Of a DNA stretch of 64,000 nt, positions 17,833 to 28,201 are shown in pieces. A program made the position numbers and the translations under genes. The stretch spans positions 5,504 to 69,503 of the forward strand of contig JAHIPS010000106.1 in assembly GCA_018902915.1 (NCBI GenBank), given 5' to 3'. The notes under the pieces are model-generated. The model did no database searches and was not told where the DNA came from. It saw nothing but the letters and a program-made list of their open reading frames with translations. The first letter of the stretch is position 1. The number at the start of each line of letters is the position of its first letter. Source of the stretch: Candidatus Omnitrophota bacterium. Lineage in GTDB: Bacteria; Omnitrophota; Gorgyraeia; Gorgyraeales; Gorgyraeaceae.

Positions 17833-19908
17833 TTAAGCAGTATTATAGTATTTTCTGTAATAGTAATGCGGGTAGGAATAAGAGTCGTTGGTAAGCGAGA
17901 TATTATTTACAATAATCCCTAAAATCCTTGCGTCCACCTTTTCCAGTAAATCCTTTGAGCGGTTTAAAAGATCTCTTGTTGCCTTGCCGCCTTCAGCTAT
18001 CAAAACCACGCCCGTACAGATAGTGGATAAGATCTGCGCATCTGTAACAAGCGCTATAGGAGGCGAGTCGAATATTATCTTTGAAAATTCTGAAGTGGCA
18101 TTTTCCAGGAAAAGCTTCATCCTCTCCGACGAGAGTAGTTCTGCCGGTCTGTGCGTAGCCTTTCCGGCTGTAACCACATACAGGTTATCATTGCCTGAAT
18201 GTCTTACGACACTATTAAAATCATTTTTTCCTGAAAGAAATTCGGACAGGCCTGATTCATTTTTGTCGTTAAATATCGTATGCACCCTGGGCTTACGCAT
18301 ATCAGCGTCCACCAGGAGGACCCTTTCGCCGCTATTCGCTATCATCATTGCAAGATTTACCGCGGTCAGAGTCTTGCCCTCGCGCGGTACAGAACTGGTG
18401 ATGACAAGACTCTTTGCAGAGCTGGAATGATTTAAGGAAAAGAGTAGATTTGTCCTTATAGAACGATATGCCTCGGCAGCCAACGAATGTGAGTCTTTCT
18501 CTACAATGCGGTCAATATCTAATTTTTTCTTTATGTTCTTGCCGTCGGTCCTTACCCTGGGCACAGAACCTAATACAGGTATTTGAAGCAAGGCCGCTAT
18601 CTCAGCAGGATCTCTGAGTGTGGTATCCATATAATCCCTGAAAAACGCTAATCCTATCCCGCCTGCGAAACCCAGTATCATAGAAAAAATTATATTAAGT
18701 TTCTTCCTGGGTTTGATAGGTTTCCTGGGCACTTCTGCCATATCCTGTATACGTATATTATTTGCCTGTACCTGACTCGAGATAGATGTCTCCTTTAACC
18801 TGTTAAGCACGATCTCTAACATGCGCTCATTTGTGTCCACCTCTCTCTGCAGGGCATTATAATCTATTATCTTTCTATCCAGTTCGAGCGCCTTCTTTTT
18901 CTCCCCATCTAACGCTATCTTCAGTTTCCTTTCTTCTTCGAGCGCGCTCTTGTAATCGTTTCCAACTTCGTCTTTTATGCGCGACGCGAGATAGGCTATA
19001 TTGTCCAAAAGGCGTATCATCTTAGGATGCTTGTGCTTGTATACCTTTTTATAATCGGTCAACAGCGCCTCCTGCTTCAAATAGTCATTTTTTAATTGCA
19101 GCAGCGTCTCATTGTCTGCCAGAAGCGCGGGTAGATTCTCCAATAGCATCTCGCCTTCTTTATCCAGCAGGCTTTTGTAAGTAGTCTCGGCCTTTACCCT
19201 TCTCTTCTGGGCATCGACATAACCTGCATTCAGTCTTTCCAGCGAGTCATTGGTAATATTCTCCTGATTTTTTATTGAAACAACATTGTTTTCCTCTTTA
19301 TATACCTGCAGATTGAGCTCTGACTCTGTGACCCTTCTCTTTTGTTTCTCGACTTCCTGCCTCAACCACTCCTGGGCCTCGCCTGATATCTTTATCTTTA
19401 ATGCAAGGTTGGAATATACATAACTCCTGGCAAATTCATTTGCCAGGCGGGCGGCCTGTTTAGGATTTTTATCGTCGATCTGTATCCCTATCATCCTGGT
19501 GTCTCTTATCGACTTGACCTCTAATTTTTTAAGAAGCACCTCTATCGGGTCCTTTGCCTTTTTAAAATCTTCTTGATTAAAAAGCTTGAGCTTTTTAATA
19601 ACAGCGTATGCCAGGCGTCTGCTCTTGATTATCTCGTACTGTGTCTCCATGTAATCCCTGTATCCCCAATAATTGTTTTCGCCTAACTCGACGACATCTC
19701 TCACGTCGCGGCCTGATAAAACCTCCGGACTCCTGGCGTCGACGATCACTGTTGCGGTAGCGCGATAGATCTTCTGCTGTTTAAAGGTACCTATCGCAAT
19801 GGTAGTAACGGTTATCAGGAAGAAACTTATAAAGATCCACTTCCTGCGCCGCAATACCGCAAGATAATCCTTTATATGTATTGTTTTGTTAATATCGCCT
19901 ATATTCAT
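17833..19908 (-). CDS. wzc: Polysaccharide biosynthesis tyrosine autokinase (Wzc/GumC-like polysaccharide co-polymerase + BY-kinase).
   Basis: N-terminal Wzz-like TM/coiled-coil region. Walker A SSVPREGKTLTAVNLAMMIA, then VLLVDADMRKP. C-terminal Tyr cluster YSYPHYYYRKYY. The probable start is ATG 19908 (MNIGD...) with a GAGGAAGG RBS; the track starts at 19959. Confidence 0.85.
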   Translation of the reverse strand: MNIGDINKTIHIKDYLAVLRRRKWIFISFFLITVTTIAIGTFKQQKIYRATATVIVDARSPEVLSGRDVRDVVELGENNYWGYRDYMETQYEIIKSRRLAYAVIKKLKLFNQEDFKKAKDPIEVLLKKLEVKSIRDTRMIGIQIDDKNPKQAARLANEFARSYVYSNLALKIKISGEAQEWLRQEVEKQKRRVTESELNLQVYKEENNVVSIKNQENITNDSLERLNAGYVDAQKRRVKAETTYKSLLDKEGEMLLENLPALLADNETLLQLKNDYLKQEALLTDYKKVYKHKHPKMIRLLDNIAYLASRIKDEVGNDYKSALEEERKLKIALDGEKKKALELDRKIIDYNALQREVDTNERMLEIVLNRLKETSISSQVQANNIRIQDMAEVPRKPIKPRKKLNIIFSMILGFAGGIGLAFFRDYMDTTLRDPAEIAALLQIPVLGSVPRVRTDGKNIKKKLDIDRIVEKDSHSLAAEAYRSIRTNLLFSLNHSSSAKSLVITSSVPREGKTLTAVNLAMMIANSGERVLLVDADMRKPRVHTIFNDKNESGLSEFLSGKNDFNSVVRHSGNDNLYVVTAGKATHRPAELLSSERMKLFLENATSEFSKIIFDSPPIALVTDAQILSTICTGVVLIAEGGKATRDLLNRSKDLLEKVDARILGIIVNNISLTNDSYSYPHYYYRKYYNTA

Positions 19909-19924
19909 ATGCCTTCCTCTGGTT

Positions 19925-20509
19925 TTAAAAGAAACTCTCCGGCACGACAATGATGTCACCGGGATTAATAGTTATATCCTTTGCCTTGTCGCCTTTCTTC
20001 GTAATGTCTGTTATCCTTATAGGTATGGTTACCTGATTGCCATCTTCGACCCTTATCACCTTGGTCCCGTTCTGGGCTGCGCCTTCTTTAAAACCACCGG
20101 CCATGGTAATCGCCTCTAAAACAGTGGTAGGTCTGTCTTTAAAAAGCTCGTATTCGCCGGGCTCGTTTACAAAACCCATGACGAACACTTTTTCTGCGCG
20201 GTAATCCTCAATAAAAACAGTTACCTGCGGATCGACCAGGTAATCCTTTTCCAGCAATTCTCTTATTGTGTCTTCAACCTCATCTACTGTAAGGCCCTTG
20301 ATCTGGACATTACCTAAAAGAGGGAATGTGATCTCGCCTTTTGAATTCACCCTTGCCTTAGTGATAAGATCAGGCTGTTCATATACTGTTATAAGGATCA
20401 CATCGCCTGCGTCTATCTTGTATTCTGCGGAATACAAAAGACCTGGCATTATGACTAAAATCAGCGAGAGGATTATTATTTTTGATCTTTTTTTAACCTG
20501 TGTGATCAT
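19925..20509 (-). CDS. Periplasmic polysaccharide export protein (Wza N-terminal/SLBB type, EpsE-like).
   Basis: YKIDAGDVILITVYEQPDL Poly_export motif plus an SLBB-like segment. It lacks the Wza C-terminal helix. A signal peptide starts at MITQVKKRSKIIILSL, so the start is likely 20509 rather than the track start 20560. Confidence 0.7.
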   Translation of the reverse strand: MITQVKKRSKIIILSLILVIMPGLLYSAEYKIDAGDVILITVYEQPDLITKARVNSKGEITFPLLGNVQIKGLTVDEVEDTIRELLEKDYLVDPQVTVFIEDYRAEKVFVMGFVNEPGEYELFKDRPTTVLEAITMAGGFKEGAAQNGTKVIRVEDGNQVTIPIRITDITKKGDKAKDITINPGDIIVVPESFF

Positions 20510-20510
20510 A

Positions 20511-21692
20511 TTAAAATTCAGCCCGCGCTGACAATGTAACCACGTTTTGATCATAGTCAAATATGCCGAAATTAGAATCCCTTACTATATGATCGATCCT
20601 GAAGGTCATGGTCAACCATTCCTTCATATAATAGTTTAGTCCCGCGCCGAGCGAAGAATAGCTATCTTCTCTCTTTTTGGTCTCGCCACCCTCTGTGGTC
20701 TCTGTAGGATAAGAATTTATCTGGTATAGACCTGTAAGAAAACCGAGCAGCTTAGGCGTGAAGTAATGGTCGTATGTGGCGGAAACATTTTCAGCCTTGT
20801 AAAAATTATTAGTGCTATATGTCGACTCATGTGCTGTGCGCGAGGCTGAGAGCTTTAGCGCATCCTTGTCTGAAAACTTATGCATAACCTCTGCGTATAA
20901 GACGCCGGAATCAAAATCTGTGGAACCCGCATCCTCGTAATCCCGTAACATTAAACCTGTCTTTATAGTAGCGGTGGTCTTTGGTGTCAATTCCCCTATT
21001 GCGCCGACCAGGAACTGATGGTAATCCGAATCAGAGCGCACTGAATTATCGTCATATCTCACCTGGGCAAAATCATATTCAAATAGAAGATCTGTCTTTG
21101 GAAATGTCCGGTGGGTAACCATAAATGAATAGATGTGTTCTTTTCTGTCATAAACGTCATAGGTATCTTCGGATCTATAATCACGGATAAAATTCTCATA
21201 ACCAAGATGTATGCCGAGCCTCTCTCTCTGGAGCTTGGCCTTGATGCCTGCCCTGTTGTCAGCCCTTTTTACCCTGTCTGTGTCTTCTGTAGAGGGCCTT
21301 TCATAGGTATACGAGAACTCATCATATATTGTAAAGTCAACATCGCGCCAGTCCAGGTCCAGATCACCGGAAAGGTAATGGCTGGTGGCGTCCTGAGAAG
21401 AGTTATCCATGTATTTGGAGTAACCTATATGATAATCTAACCTGAAAAGATGATCACTGAATGGCCATTCAAGGGCAATACCCGGGGTAAGCGTTACTAT
21501 GAAATCATCCTTTTCATCGCTTGAGTCCAGAAACACATTATCATCGTATTGTAGCTGGATTTCACCCCACGGGATAATCTCTATATCAGTATCCCCGAAT
21601 TTAAGGCCTTCTGCAGCATGTAATGGTGAGCTAAAAAACAAGGAAATACTAAGGAAGGTGATGAATATTAAAATCTGGTATACTCTTTTCAT
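20511..21692 (-). CDS. Outer-membrane beta-barrel protein associated with EPS export (PEP-CTERM/EpsL-like porin).
   Basis: Signal peptide, alternating-hydrophobic beta-strand pattern rich in Y/D/S, C-terminal ...LSARAEF aromatic terminus. The position next to Wza/Wzc supports the call. Confidence 0.5.
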   Translation of the reverse strand: MKRVYQILIFITFLSISLFFSSPLHAAEGLKFGDTDIEIIPWGEIQLQYDDNVFLDSSDEKDDFIVTLTPGIALEWPFSDHLFRLDYHIGYSKYMDNSSQDATSHYLSGDLDLDWRDVDFTIYDEFSYTYERPSTEDTDRVKRADNRAGIKAKLQRERLGIHLGYENFIRDYRSEDTYDVYDRKEHIYSFMVTHRTFPKTDLLFEYDFAQVRYDDNSVRSDSDYHQFLVGAIGELTPKTTATIKTGLMLRDYEDAGSTDFDSGVLYAEVMHKFSDKDALKLSASRTAHESTYSTNNFYKAENVSATYDHYFTPKLLGFLTGLYQINSYPTETTEGGETKKREDSYSSLGAGLNYYMKEWLTMTFRIDHIVRDSNFGIFDYDQNVVTLSARAEF

Positions 21693-21741
21693 GTCTTACC
21701 TCTCTTTTTAAAATGTGCGATTTTATGCGAATTTAACTAAA

Positions 21742-21770
21742 AGTATACCGGATTATAAAAGTTTTGTCAA
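21742..21770 (-). promoter_or_regulatory. Sigma70-like promoter for the OM barrel / Wza / Wzc operon.
   Basis: Minus strand: TTGACA (21770..21765), 17-bp spacer, TATACT (21747..21742). An AGAGAGGTAAG RBS precedes the ATG at 21692. Confidence 0.5.
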
Positions 21771-21786
21771 GAGTTTTTTTAAGTTT

Positions 21787-22980
21787 TTATCTATGCCTCC
21801 TTTTCTGCTTTTGGCTCTGAAGCTTCCCTGATTGCTCAATAAAGCTTAATAAATTACCTGATTGTTTATGCCATGTAAAGCCCTGTTTAACAATCTCGAT
21901 ACCCTCCCTGCCCCATTCCTTTAGATATTCCCTGTTCTCATAACAATGATTTATGGCCTTTGCGATGGTCTCTGGGTCATTCTGCTTTATATAGTATAAA
22001 CATTTTCTATCACCCGCTACATTTCTGAAGGTCCATATATCAGAACATATAACAGGCTTTCCCATAGCAAGGTATTCTAATAATTTTATAGGATTGTTAT
22101 TATTCCAGTATTCTATATCAGGATAGGCCATGATAGCACAATCACAATAACTGATATAAAGCGGCACCTCAGGATAAGGTACTGCATTCAAAAAATACAC
22201 CCTTTTTTCCAGGCCAAGGGCCTTGGCCTTCTCGAGTATTTCATTTTTTGCCCCGCCATCCCCGATGAAAACCAGGACTATATCCTTATTATTCACTCTT
22301 TTTACAGCCTCTACGGTCTCAAGCGCCCCCCGGTTGTATCCGATCTCGCCATGCTGCATTAAGACAAATTTATCCCTGAGAAAATCAGGCCTGCGGCAGC
22401 CCCTGGTCTTATCCGGAGAAAACATGTCTATATCAGCTCCTGACCCCCAGACACCTATAAAAGAGGGTTTAAACCCGAAACGGTCGCATACGCACTGCTT
22501 ATAATGATCGGTTATAACAGTCATACCATCCAAAAAGCTCTTACAATACCTATAAGACAACGTGGTGTAAAACTCTAGTATCTTGTCATTTAATGTCGGC
22601 TTATGCGGCTGTATATTATAGAAAGGCGCCCTGTTATCAACAATGATCAGCGTCCTTCTCCCTGGTAAGATTGCAAATGGCACGCTGAACCAGACAGTAA
22701 ATACATCTAAAATAACTACATCCGGCTTAAATATTAAGTAGTGATATATAAACTTTGCAAAGCCAACGATCCAAAAAGTCAATAATCTAAGAAATCTTTT
22801 TCTTATTATAAAAACAGGTATATAACCCCTGCTAAATATGTTACCGGAGGGCGAGCCTGCTATAGCGATCCTGACATCGCACCTCCAACTTTCTTCCAAC
22901 TCTCTACACATCTCGCGCCATGTCGTTATGTGCAGTTTATCTATATCAAACTGGAGTCTTGGAAACCATAATATTTTCAT
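21787..22980 (-). CDS. Glycosyltransferase family 4.
   Basis: C-terminal EYLAMGKPVICSDI GT4 motif; GT-B architecture. Confidence 0.7.
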   Translation of the reverse strand: MKILWFPRLQFDIDKLHITTWREMCRELEESWRCDVRIAIAGSPSGNIFSRGYIPVFIIRKRFLRLLTFWIVGFAKFIYHYLIFKPDVVILDVFTVWFSVPFAILPGRRTLIIVDNRAPFYNIQPHKPTLNDKILEFYTTLSYRYCKSFLDGMTVITDHYKQCVCDRFGFKPSFIGVWGSGADIDMFSPDKTRGCRRPDFLRDKFVLMQHGEIGYNRGALETVEAVKRVNNKDIVLVFIGDGGAKNEILEKAKALGLEKRVYFLNAVPYPEVPLYISYCDCAIMAYPDIEYWNNNNPIKLLEYLAMGKPVICSDIWTFRNVAGDRKCLYYIKQNDPETIAKAINHCYENREYLKEWGREGIEIVKQGFTWHKQSGNLLSFIEQSGKLQSQKQKRRHR

Positions 22981-24382
22981 TATTTTCCCTGCTTTGTTTT
23001 ATGGAGATATTCAGCAAGCCGTATATCAACCAGGCAAATTGAATGGTATGCCCATACCTTAGATATTCTATCTTTATACCATCTATTAATATTAATATGA
23101 CGCTGACAAACAAAAAAAACAGCACGTACCAGTTGTCGTTTTTATTCTTCGCTACTAAAATACGCCAGCTTTCAAACAGCATCTTTAACCAGAAGGCTAA
23201 ATGAATTAGTAGCCCCAGAATCCCGATTTTATACAATATTGTCAGATATAAAGAATGAAAAGAATCTGCTGAATAATAAAGCGAGCTTACATTGTACAGT
23301 CCTTTCCCGAAGATTGTCGGCTCTCTGAGAAAGATACGAAACGCATCCTGCCAGATCTTCCCGCGATTAATCGCTTCCGGGCTCAACAAATCCGAGTAGC
23401 GAAAATAGACCTCTAATCGTCTTGTCAGGCTATCTATCTGCTTAGGGAAAACCCCGAATAGAATGATACACGTTAAAAAAAGCAATAGGACGATTTTTAT
23501 AGTGCTCCACTTGCTGTCCTTTTTTAGTATATTTACCAGCGTAAGGATCAGGGCCAATCCAAAGATCAGGAGGAAAAAAGCGGATCTTGTCACCGTGAAA
23601 ATAATACCTGCCAGGCAGCAAAATAAAGAAAAAATGTAAACATTCTTTTTAAAATGGTAGAAAAGGCCTATGGATAATATGCTTCCCACCAGAAACCATT
23701 CTGCCAGAAGTTCATAGTCCCATACAGTGCCTATAGATCTGTGCATCCCTTCATATACAGAGACCTCTGATACAGGTACCCTGGGACTAAAGACTGCCAG
23801 GTACTCTGTCGCGGTTGGGAATTTATACACCAAAAGCACGATCCCTGACTGTACGACAAGAGTAAACAGGATCACCTTGATGACCGTTCTCACATCTGAA
23901 TGGTCCCTGATAGTAGCGAGTATTATAAAATACAGCAAAATACCGCTTATATTGGCAATATAATATCTGATTGATTGGCCCATGAAAGACGGGTTAAGAA
24001 TCAGTGATACTGTCATAGAAGTAAAGATCAATATAGGCAGTATAAATATGAATTTTGGCTCCATGGTCAGGCTTTTTCTCTCGAAGAGATGACGCAGGAT
24101 CGTAATTATAAACAGAAAATATATCATTATAGTTGTGACTGTCAACGCGTCCCTTCCTGAAAATTGCAATAAATATGGGAACGGGATACTTAATACCACA
24201 AAATACAACATATATTTATCTATTTTCTCAAGGCCGAACCTGTAAACCATGCCTCCTAATAGTAATGCTAAAAATATTAAGCTAATAATTCCAAATGCAG
24301 TCCTGCTCCCGCTAAGGGTCAAAAGTCCTAAAATTATCGCTATAAGGCATGAGGCGCACAGAAACCAGATATGTTTTCGCAT
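22946..24382 (-). CDS. wzy: Wzy-like polysaccharide polymerase / O-antigen ligase-family membrane protein.
   Basis: About 12 predicted TM helices with a larger periplasmic loop near the C-terminal third. It lies inside the Wzx/Wzy locus. Confidence 0.55.
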   Translation of the reverse strand: MRKHIWFLCASCLIAIILGLLTLSGSRTAFGIISLIFLALLLGGMVYRFGLEKIDKYMLYFVVLSIPFPYLLQFSGRDALTVTTIMIYFLFIITILRHLFERKSLTMEPKFIFILPILIFTSMTVSLILNPSFMGQSIRYYIANISGILLYFIILATIRDHSDVRTVIKVILFTLVVQSGIVLLVYKFPTATEYLAVFSPRVPVSEVSVYEGMHRSIGTVWDYELLAEWFLVGSILSIGLFYHFKKNVYIFSLFCCLAGIIFTVTRSAFFLLIFGLALILTLVNILKKDSKWSTIKIVLLLFLTCIILFGVFPKQIDSLTRRLEVYFRYSDLLSPEAINRGKIWQDAFRIFLREPTIFGKGLYNVSSLYYSADSFHSLYLTILYKIGILGLLIHLAFWLKMLFESWRILVAKNKNDNWYVLFFLFVSVILILIDGIKIEYLRYGHTIQFAWLIYGLLNISIKQSRENNENIMVSKTPV

Positions 24383-24394
24383 TTTTATGTCTTT

Positions 24395-25180
24395 TTAATG
24401 TTTAAATGGTTTACCCATATATCGTTCTAGTTTCTTTATCCTGTTCTCTCTTTTAATAAGGGAAGGGTCTTTGATTATCTCGATTATTGTCTGGGCCTTT
24501 TTGATAATGTAGCAGGGGCGTCCGATATCACTTACGCAAGGGGGATCCCCGTATTTACCATAGATATACAGTCCCGGCTGGCTAAACTTTTCAAAATACC
24601 GCCTGGATAAAAAGCTCTCAGGGTTTATATCCACAGGGATATCTGCAAATCGCTTTATAACCGAAGTCCTGGCAACATGAGGGTTTAAGGACCAGATATT
24701 TGATTTTATAAGATCTAACCCATCAATATATATCTCTTCGCCCGGGAGCAGGTATAGCTCATTTCTTCTGGCAAGATTTTTTTTCATCCTGTTGCTGGGT
24801 CTTTTGATCTCTTGCTTGCTGAATCTGATATTATGGATATTCTCATTGTCCTTCATGACTCGTATTATGGCAGTAAGATCTATGGGCTTAAGAAACACCC
24901 AATCATCTTCTAAATGAAAATAGTATTCCGACTGTAAGTTTTTAAATAAATGGTTGACTGCGTTAGCAAAGGTATGTCTCTCTTTATTTATGTTAATGTC
25001 GCTGATTCTATTATACTTCAAAAATTCAAGCAATCGGGGTAAATAGCTTTTATTTTTTTCCAAAACATCTATATGTATAATGAATCTAAAACCTTTGTCG
25101 TATCTTACATTTTTCATAAAACTTGCGTAGGTTGTTTCAAATTGCTTTCTGCATATTGAAGTCACGATCACGTCTATCAT
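24395..25180 (-). CDS. Hypothetical protein, possibly a GT-A-like glycosyltransferase.
   Basis: Soluble, with an HLEDDWVF (DxD-like) segment. No confident family match from sequence alone. Confidence 0.35.
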   Translation of the reverse strand: MIDVIVTSICRKQFETTYASFMKNVRYDKGFRFIIHIDVLEKNKSYLPRLLEFLKYNRISDININKERHTFANAVNHLFKNLQSEYYFHLEDDWVFLKPIDLTAIIRVMKDNENIHNIRFSKQEIKRPSNRMKKNLARRNELYLLPGEEIYIDGLDLIKSNIWSLNPHVARTSVIKRFADIPVDINPESFLSRRYFEKFSQPGLYIYGKYGDPPCVSDIGRPCYIIKKAQTIIEIIKDPSLIKRENRIKKLERYMGKPFKH

Positions 25181-25182
25181 TT

Positions 25183-26325
25183 TTATCCCTTTAAGGCCTT
25201 GGAACAGACATCAAGATAACTCTCTCCGACCTTTTCTGCTCTATGATTATCCTGAAATCTCTTATATCCCCCGATAGCAATTTTTTCATAGTAGCTAGTG
25301 TCATTATAAAGACGGTTGATGCGTTCGACTATGCTTTCATCGTTTGCGACTATTGAATCAATGTCATCGTTAAACTCATAATGATTGCATGTCGTGACGA
25401 GCGGCGTTTTCATGGCCCAGGCATCTCCTATAAAACCCCACCCGCCCCGGACTGCCGGGGAATAGCAAAAATAACTGCTTTTGATCAGCCTTAGGCACTC
25501 ATCCCGTGGCATGGTTTTTACGTATTTTATTCTATTCGAAAATGTTTTTCGCAATTCATCGACGATATATGAATAATATCCAGTGCCGACAAAATAAAAT
25601 TCTTTTACAGGCGTCCTGGAAAATAGTTCAGGCAAAACCTTCTTGAATTCATGAAAATTTTTATGCGCATCAAATGATCCGATAAAAAGAGCCCTGCCCT
25701 GATGGCGCTCTATCTTTTCCCCGGATACCAGCTCTTTTCCCGGCCAGGGGATATAAATAGCCTGCCTTGGGTGTCTTGATGATCCAATGGCCTTGTTTCG
25801 ATCGCCAGGATAATGACTTATGATCTCGTCTGAATGGCGGAGCAGCCATCTCCAGCATAAAAAACCTATTATCTTCCCCAGGGCGTCGCCTGTAATCTTA
25901 TTCTTTATAAATCTCTGGTGGCCGATAATACCATACGGGCTGTCCCAATCAAACAGAAATTCTAACCTTAACACAATAGGGATATGAAAATCCTTTTTTA
26001 TCCTGACGGCTACAGGCATGTTGATGCTATTTTCACAAAAAATAATATCTGGATCGAATTTTTTTACAATTTTTTTTATTACATTATATTTTTTAATCGC
26101 CGGATAGCATGACCTTTGCTCTTTTAGTGTTTTAAAGACTCTGTGGATAGAAATATTGCCATCGAACTCTACTTCTGGTGAAGGTTCAACCCCTGCCCCC
26201 TTCAATATATTTTCTATATTGGATATTGCGAGTATTCTGTGATTCTTTTCCGCGATGTATTTATAGGCATAATAATTATCGTTGAATTCCTTATTTATCC
26301 CAGGGGTCAGCAATAGGATATTCAT
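25183..26325 (-). CDS. Glycosyltransferase (GT-B fold, GT4-like).
   Basis: Two Rossmann-like halves. C-terminal region GGWGFIGDAWAMKTPLVTT resembles the GT4 donor-binding region. Confidence 0.5.
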   Translation of the reverse strand: MNILLLTPGINKEFNDNYYAYKYIAEKNHRILAISNIENILKGAGVEPSPEVEFDGNISIHRVFKTLKEQRSCYPAIKKYNVIKKIVKKFDPDIIFCENSINMPVAVRIKKDFHIPIVLRLEFLFDWDSPYGIIGHQRFIKNKITGDALGKIIGFLCWRWLLRHSDEIISHYPGDRNKAIGSSRHPRQAIYIPWPGKELVSGEKIERHQGRALFIGSFDAHKNFHEFKKVLPELFSRTPVKEFYFVGTGYYSYIVDELRKTFSNRIKYVKTMPRDECLRLIKSSYFCYSPAVRGGWGFIGDAWAMKTPLVTTCNHYEFNDDIDSIVANDESIVERINRLYNDTSYYEKIAIGGYKRFQDNHRAEKVGESYLDVCSKALKG

Positions 26326-26331
26326 ATCAAT

Positions 26332-27618
26332 TTATCTAAATGCTATCAGGCGCTTCTCTCTCAAATAAAAAAACATAATAGCTGTAATAAAAGACTCTGT
26401 AAACAATACAGCTATAGAGATGCCTATGTGTTTATAGATCGGTGTTAACACTAATGCCAGAGCTATATTAATAATGCCTGCGGAAATAAATATTTTTGAA
26501 AGCGCGGCCTTCAGATTAAAAGGGATCATCGTCTGGGTGCCGAACATGGTGTTTAAACTGGTTAAAAATGGCAGGAAGGCTAAAATCCTCAATACGATTA
26601 TTGATTTTTGATATTGTGGTCCTAATATAGTATTTGTTATAAACGCGGCGAATACAAAAATCCCCAGAGAAACAATGAAACTCCCGCCGCCTACAAGGAT
26701 AGTCAGCTTTCCTATAAAGCCCAGGGCCTTTTCCCTGGATTCGTTAGCAAGTTTGCTTATATAAGGATAGACTGCGTTCGATAAAGGAGATAATAGTTTT
26801 TGCACTGCCCTGATCAGCCTCTCTCCTGCCGAATAATATCCCACAATCGTATTATTAGTGAAGAGGCCCAGAATAAATGTGTTGCTTGTCGTATATAGAC
26901 TAACCGAAACCCCCGAGATAAATATATACCAACCTTCTTTTAACTGGTGTTTTATGCTTTTAAGATCAGGACGGGAAAATCTTATTTTAAAACTCCTGCG
27001 CACGATCCACAGGCCTGAAATCCCGGCTATTAAAAACCCCAGAGAATTTATTAAAGGCACATAGATATAATCCTCCGCCTTTCTGATAAACACAAAGATC
27101 GAGATCGTAAAAATAAGCTTACTAGCGATATTTAAAAATGTGATATATTTCATCCTTTCCATTCCCTGAAAAAACCAGATCGGAAGGAGCGCATTGCCTA
27201 TAACCACCCCGAAGGTAAAAAGATAGATAAGCCAGTCGTTTCTAAACTTTGGCACGGAAGAGACTAAACCTATCAGGACTAAAAAACTAAGGGCCAGGAA
27301 ACATAATTTAATTAATAACACCGAGCTGAAGATCTTTGTTATTTCCTTTTTGTCTCCCCTGTTTATAGATATCTCTCTCGTTGCCGACATATGGAATCCG
27401 TAATTTGTTAAAATAACAAAATACTGAGCAAATGCCTGCGCAAATGCGACTAACCCGAATTTCGCTGGCCCTAAAACTCTGACCAGATAAGGGAGGGTGA
27501 TAAGAGGAAGGATGTAATCTGCCGCCTGTAGAAAGGAGAGCGAGAAAAAATTCCCTACCACTACCTTTTTTTCAGGAGTGGAAGTCGCCCTCTTAAAAAG
27601 ATTCCTGATAAATGACAT
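26332..27618 (-). CDS. wzx: Oligosaccharide flippase Wzx (MOP superfamily polysaccharide biosynthesis protein).
   Basis: About 12-14 TM helices. N-terminal VVGNFFSLSFLQAADYILPLITLPYLVRVLGPAKFG is the Wzx/RfbX hallmark. Confidence 0.8.
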   Translation of the reverse strand: MSFIRNLFKRATSTPEKKVVVGNFFSLSFLQAADYILPLITLPYLVRVLGPAKFGLVAFAQAFAQYFVILTNYGFHMSATREISINRGDKKEITKIFSSVLLIKLCFLALSFLVLIGLVSSVPKFRNDWLIYLFTFGVVIGNALLPIWFFQGMERMKYITFLNIASKLIFTISIFVFIRKAEDYIYVPLINSLGFLIAGISGLWIVRRSFKIRFSRPDLKSIKHQLKEGWYIFISGVSVSLYTTSNTFILGLFTNNTIVGYYSAGERLIRAVQKLLSPLSNAVYPYISKLANESREKALGFIGKLTILVGGGSFIVSLGIFVFAAFITNTILGPQYQKSIIVLRILAFLPFLTSLNTMFGTQTMIPFNLKAALSKIFISAGIINIALALVLTPIYKHIGISIAVLFTESFITAIMFFYLREKRLIAFR

Positions 27619-27633
27619 AACTCCTGATTGGGA

Positions 27634-28191
27634 CTAACCTTTTATTAGGGCCATTGTTTCTGCCCGGGTTTTGGAATTTTCCTTAAAGACGCCTCTTACA
27701 GCGCTTGTAACTGTCATAACGCCTGCTTTTTTCACTCCCCTCATGCTTAGGCACAAATGTTCTGCCTCAATAATCACCATGACGCCGCGCGGTTTCAGCT
27801 TTTTCATCAAGACTTCAGCTATCTCTGTAGTCAATCTCTCCTGGACCTGCAGCCTCTTGGAAAGGGTTTCCACTACACGAACCAGCTTGCTTAATCCTGT
27901 AACTCTATTGTTTTTAGGCACATACGCGATATGGGCCCTGCCTATAAAAGGCAAAAGGTGATGCTCGCACATTGAATATAAAGGTATGCCTTTTAAAAGC
28001 ACGATTTCATCATGCTTCTCTGACAGGAGTACTTCCAACTCCATGGAAGGATCAGCTGCAATACCACTGAATATCTCCTCGTACATATCAGCGACCCTCT
28101 CGGGCGTCTTCTTTAAATCAGGTCTTTCCGGATTTTCGCCTATCGCCTCTAAAATCATCCTAACTGCCTTGTTTATCTTCGCCTTATCCAC
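27634..28191 (-). CDS. folE: GTP cyclohydrolase I.
   Basis: [19 protein letters not shown] and [15 protein letters not shown] are FolE signature segments. Length 185 aa. Confidence 0.9.
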   Translation of the reverse strand: MDKAKINKAVRMILEAIGENPERPDLKKTPERVADMYEEIFSGIAADPSMELEVLLSEKHDEIVLLKGIPLYSMCEHHLLPFIGRAHIAYVPKNNRVTGLSKLVRVVETLSKRLQVQERLTTEIAEVLMKKLKPRGVMVIIEAEHLCLSMRGVKKAGVMTVTSAVRGVFKENSKTRAETMALIKG

Positions 28192-28201
28192 TTATCCCCC
28201 T

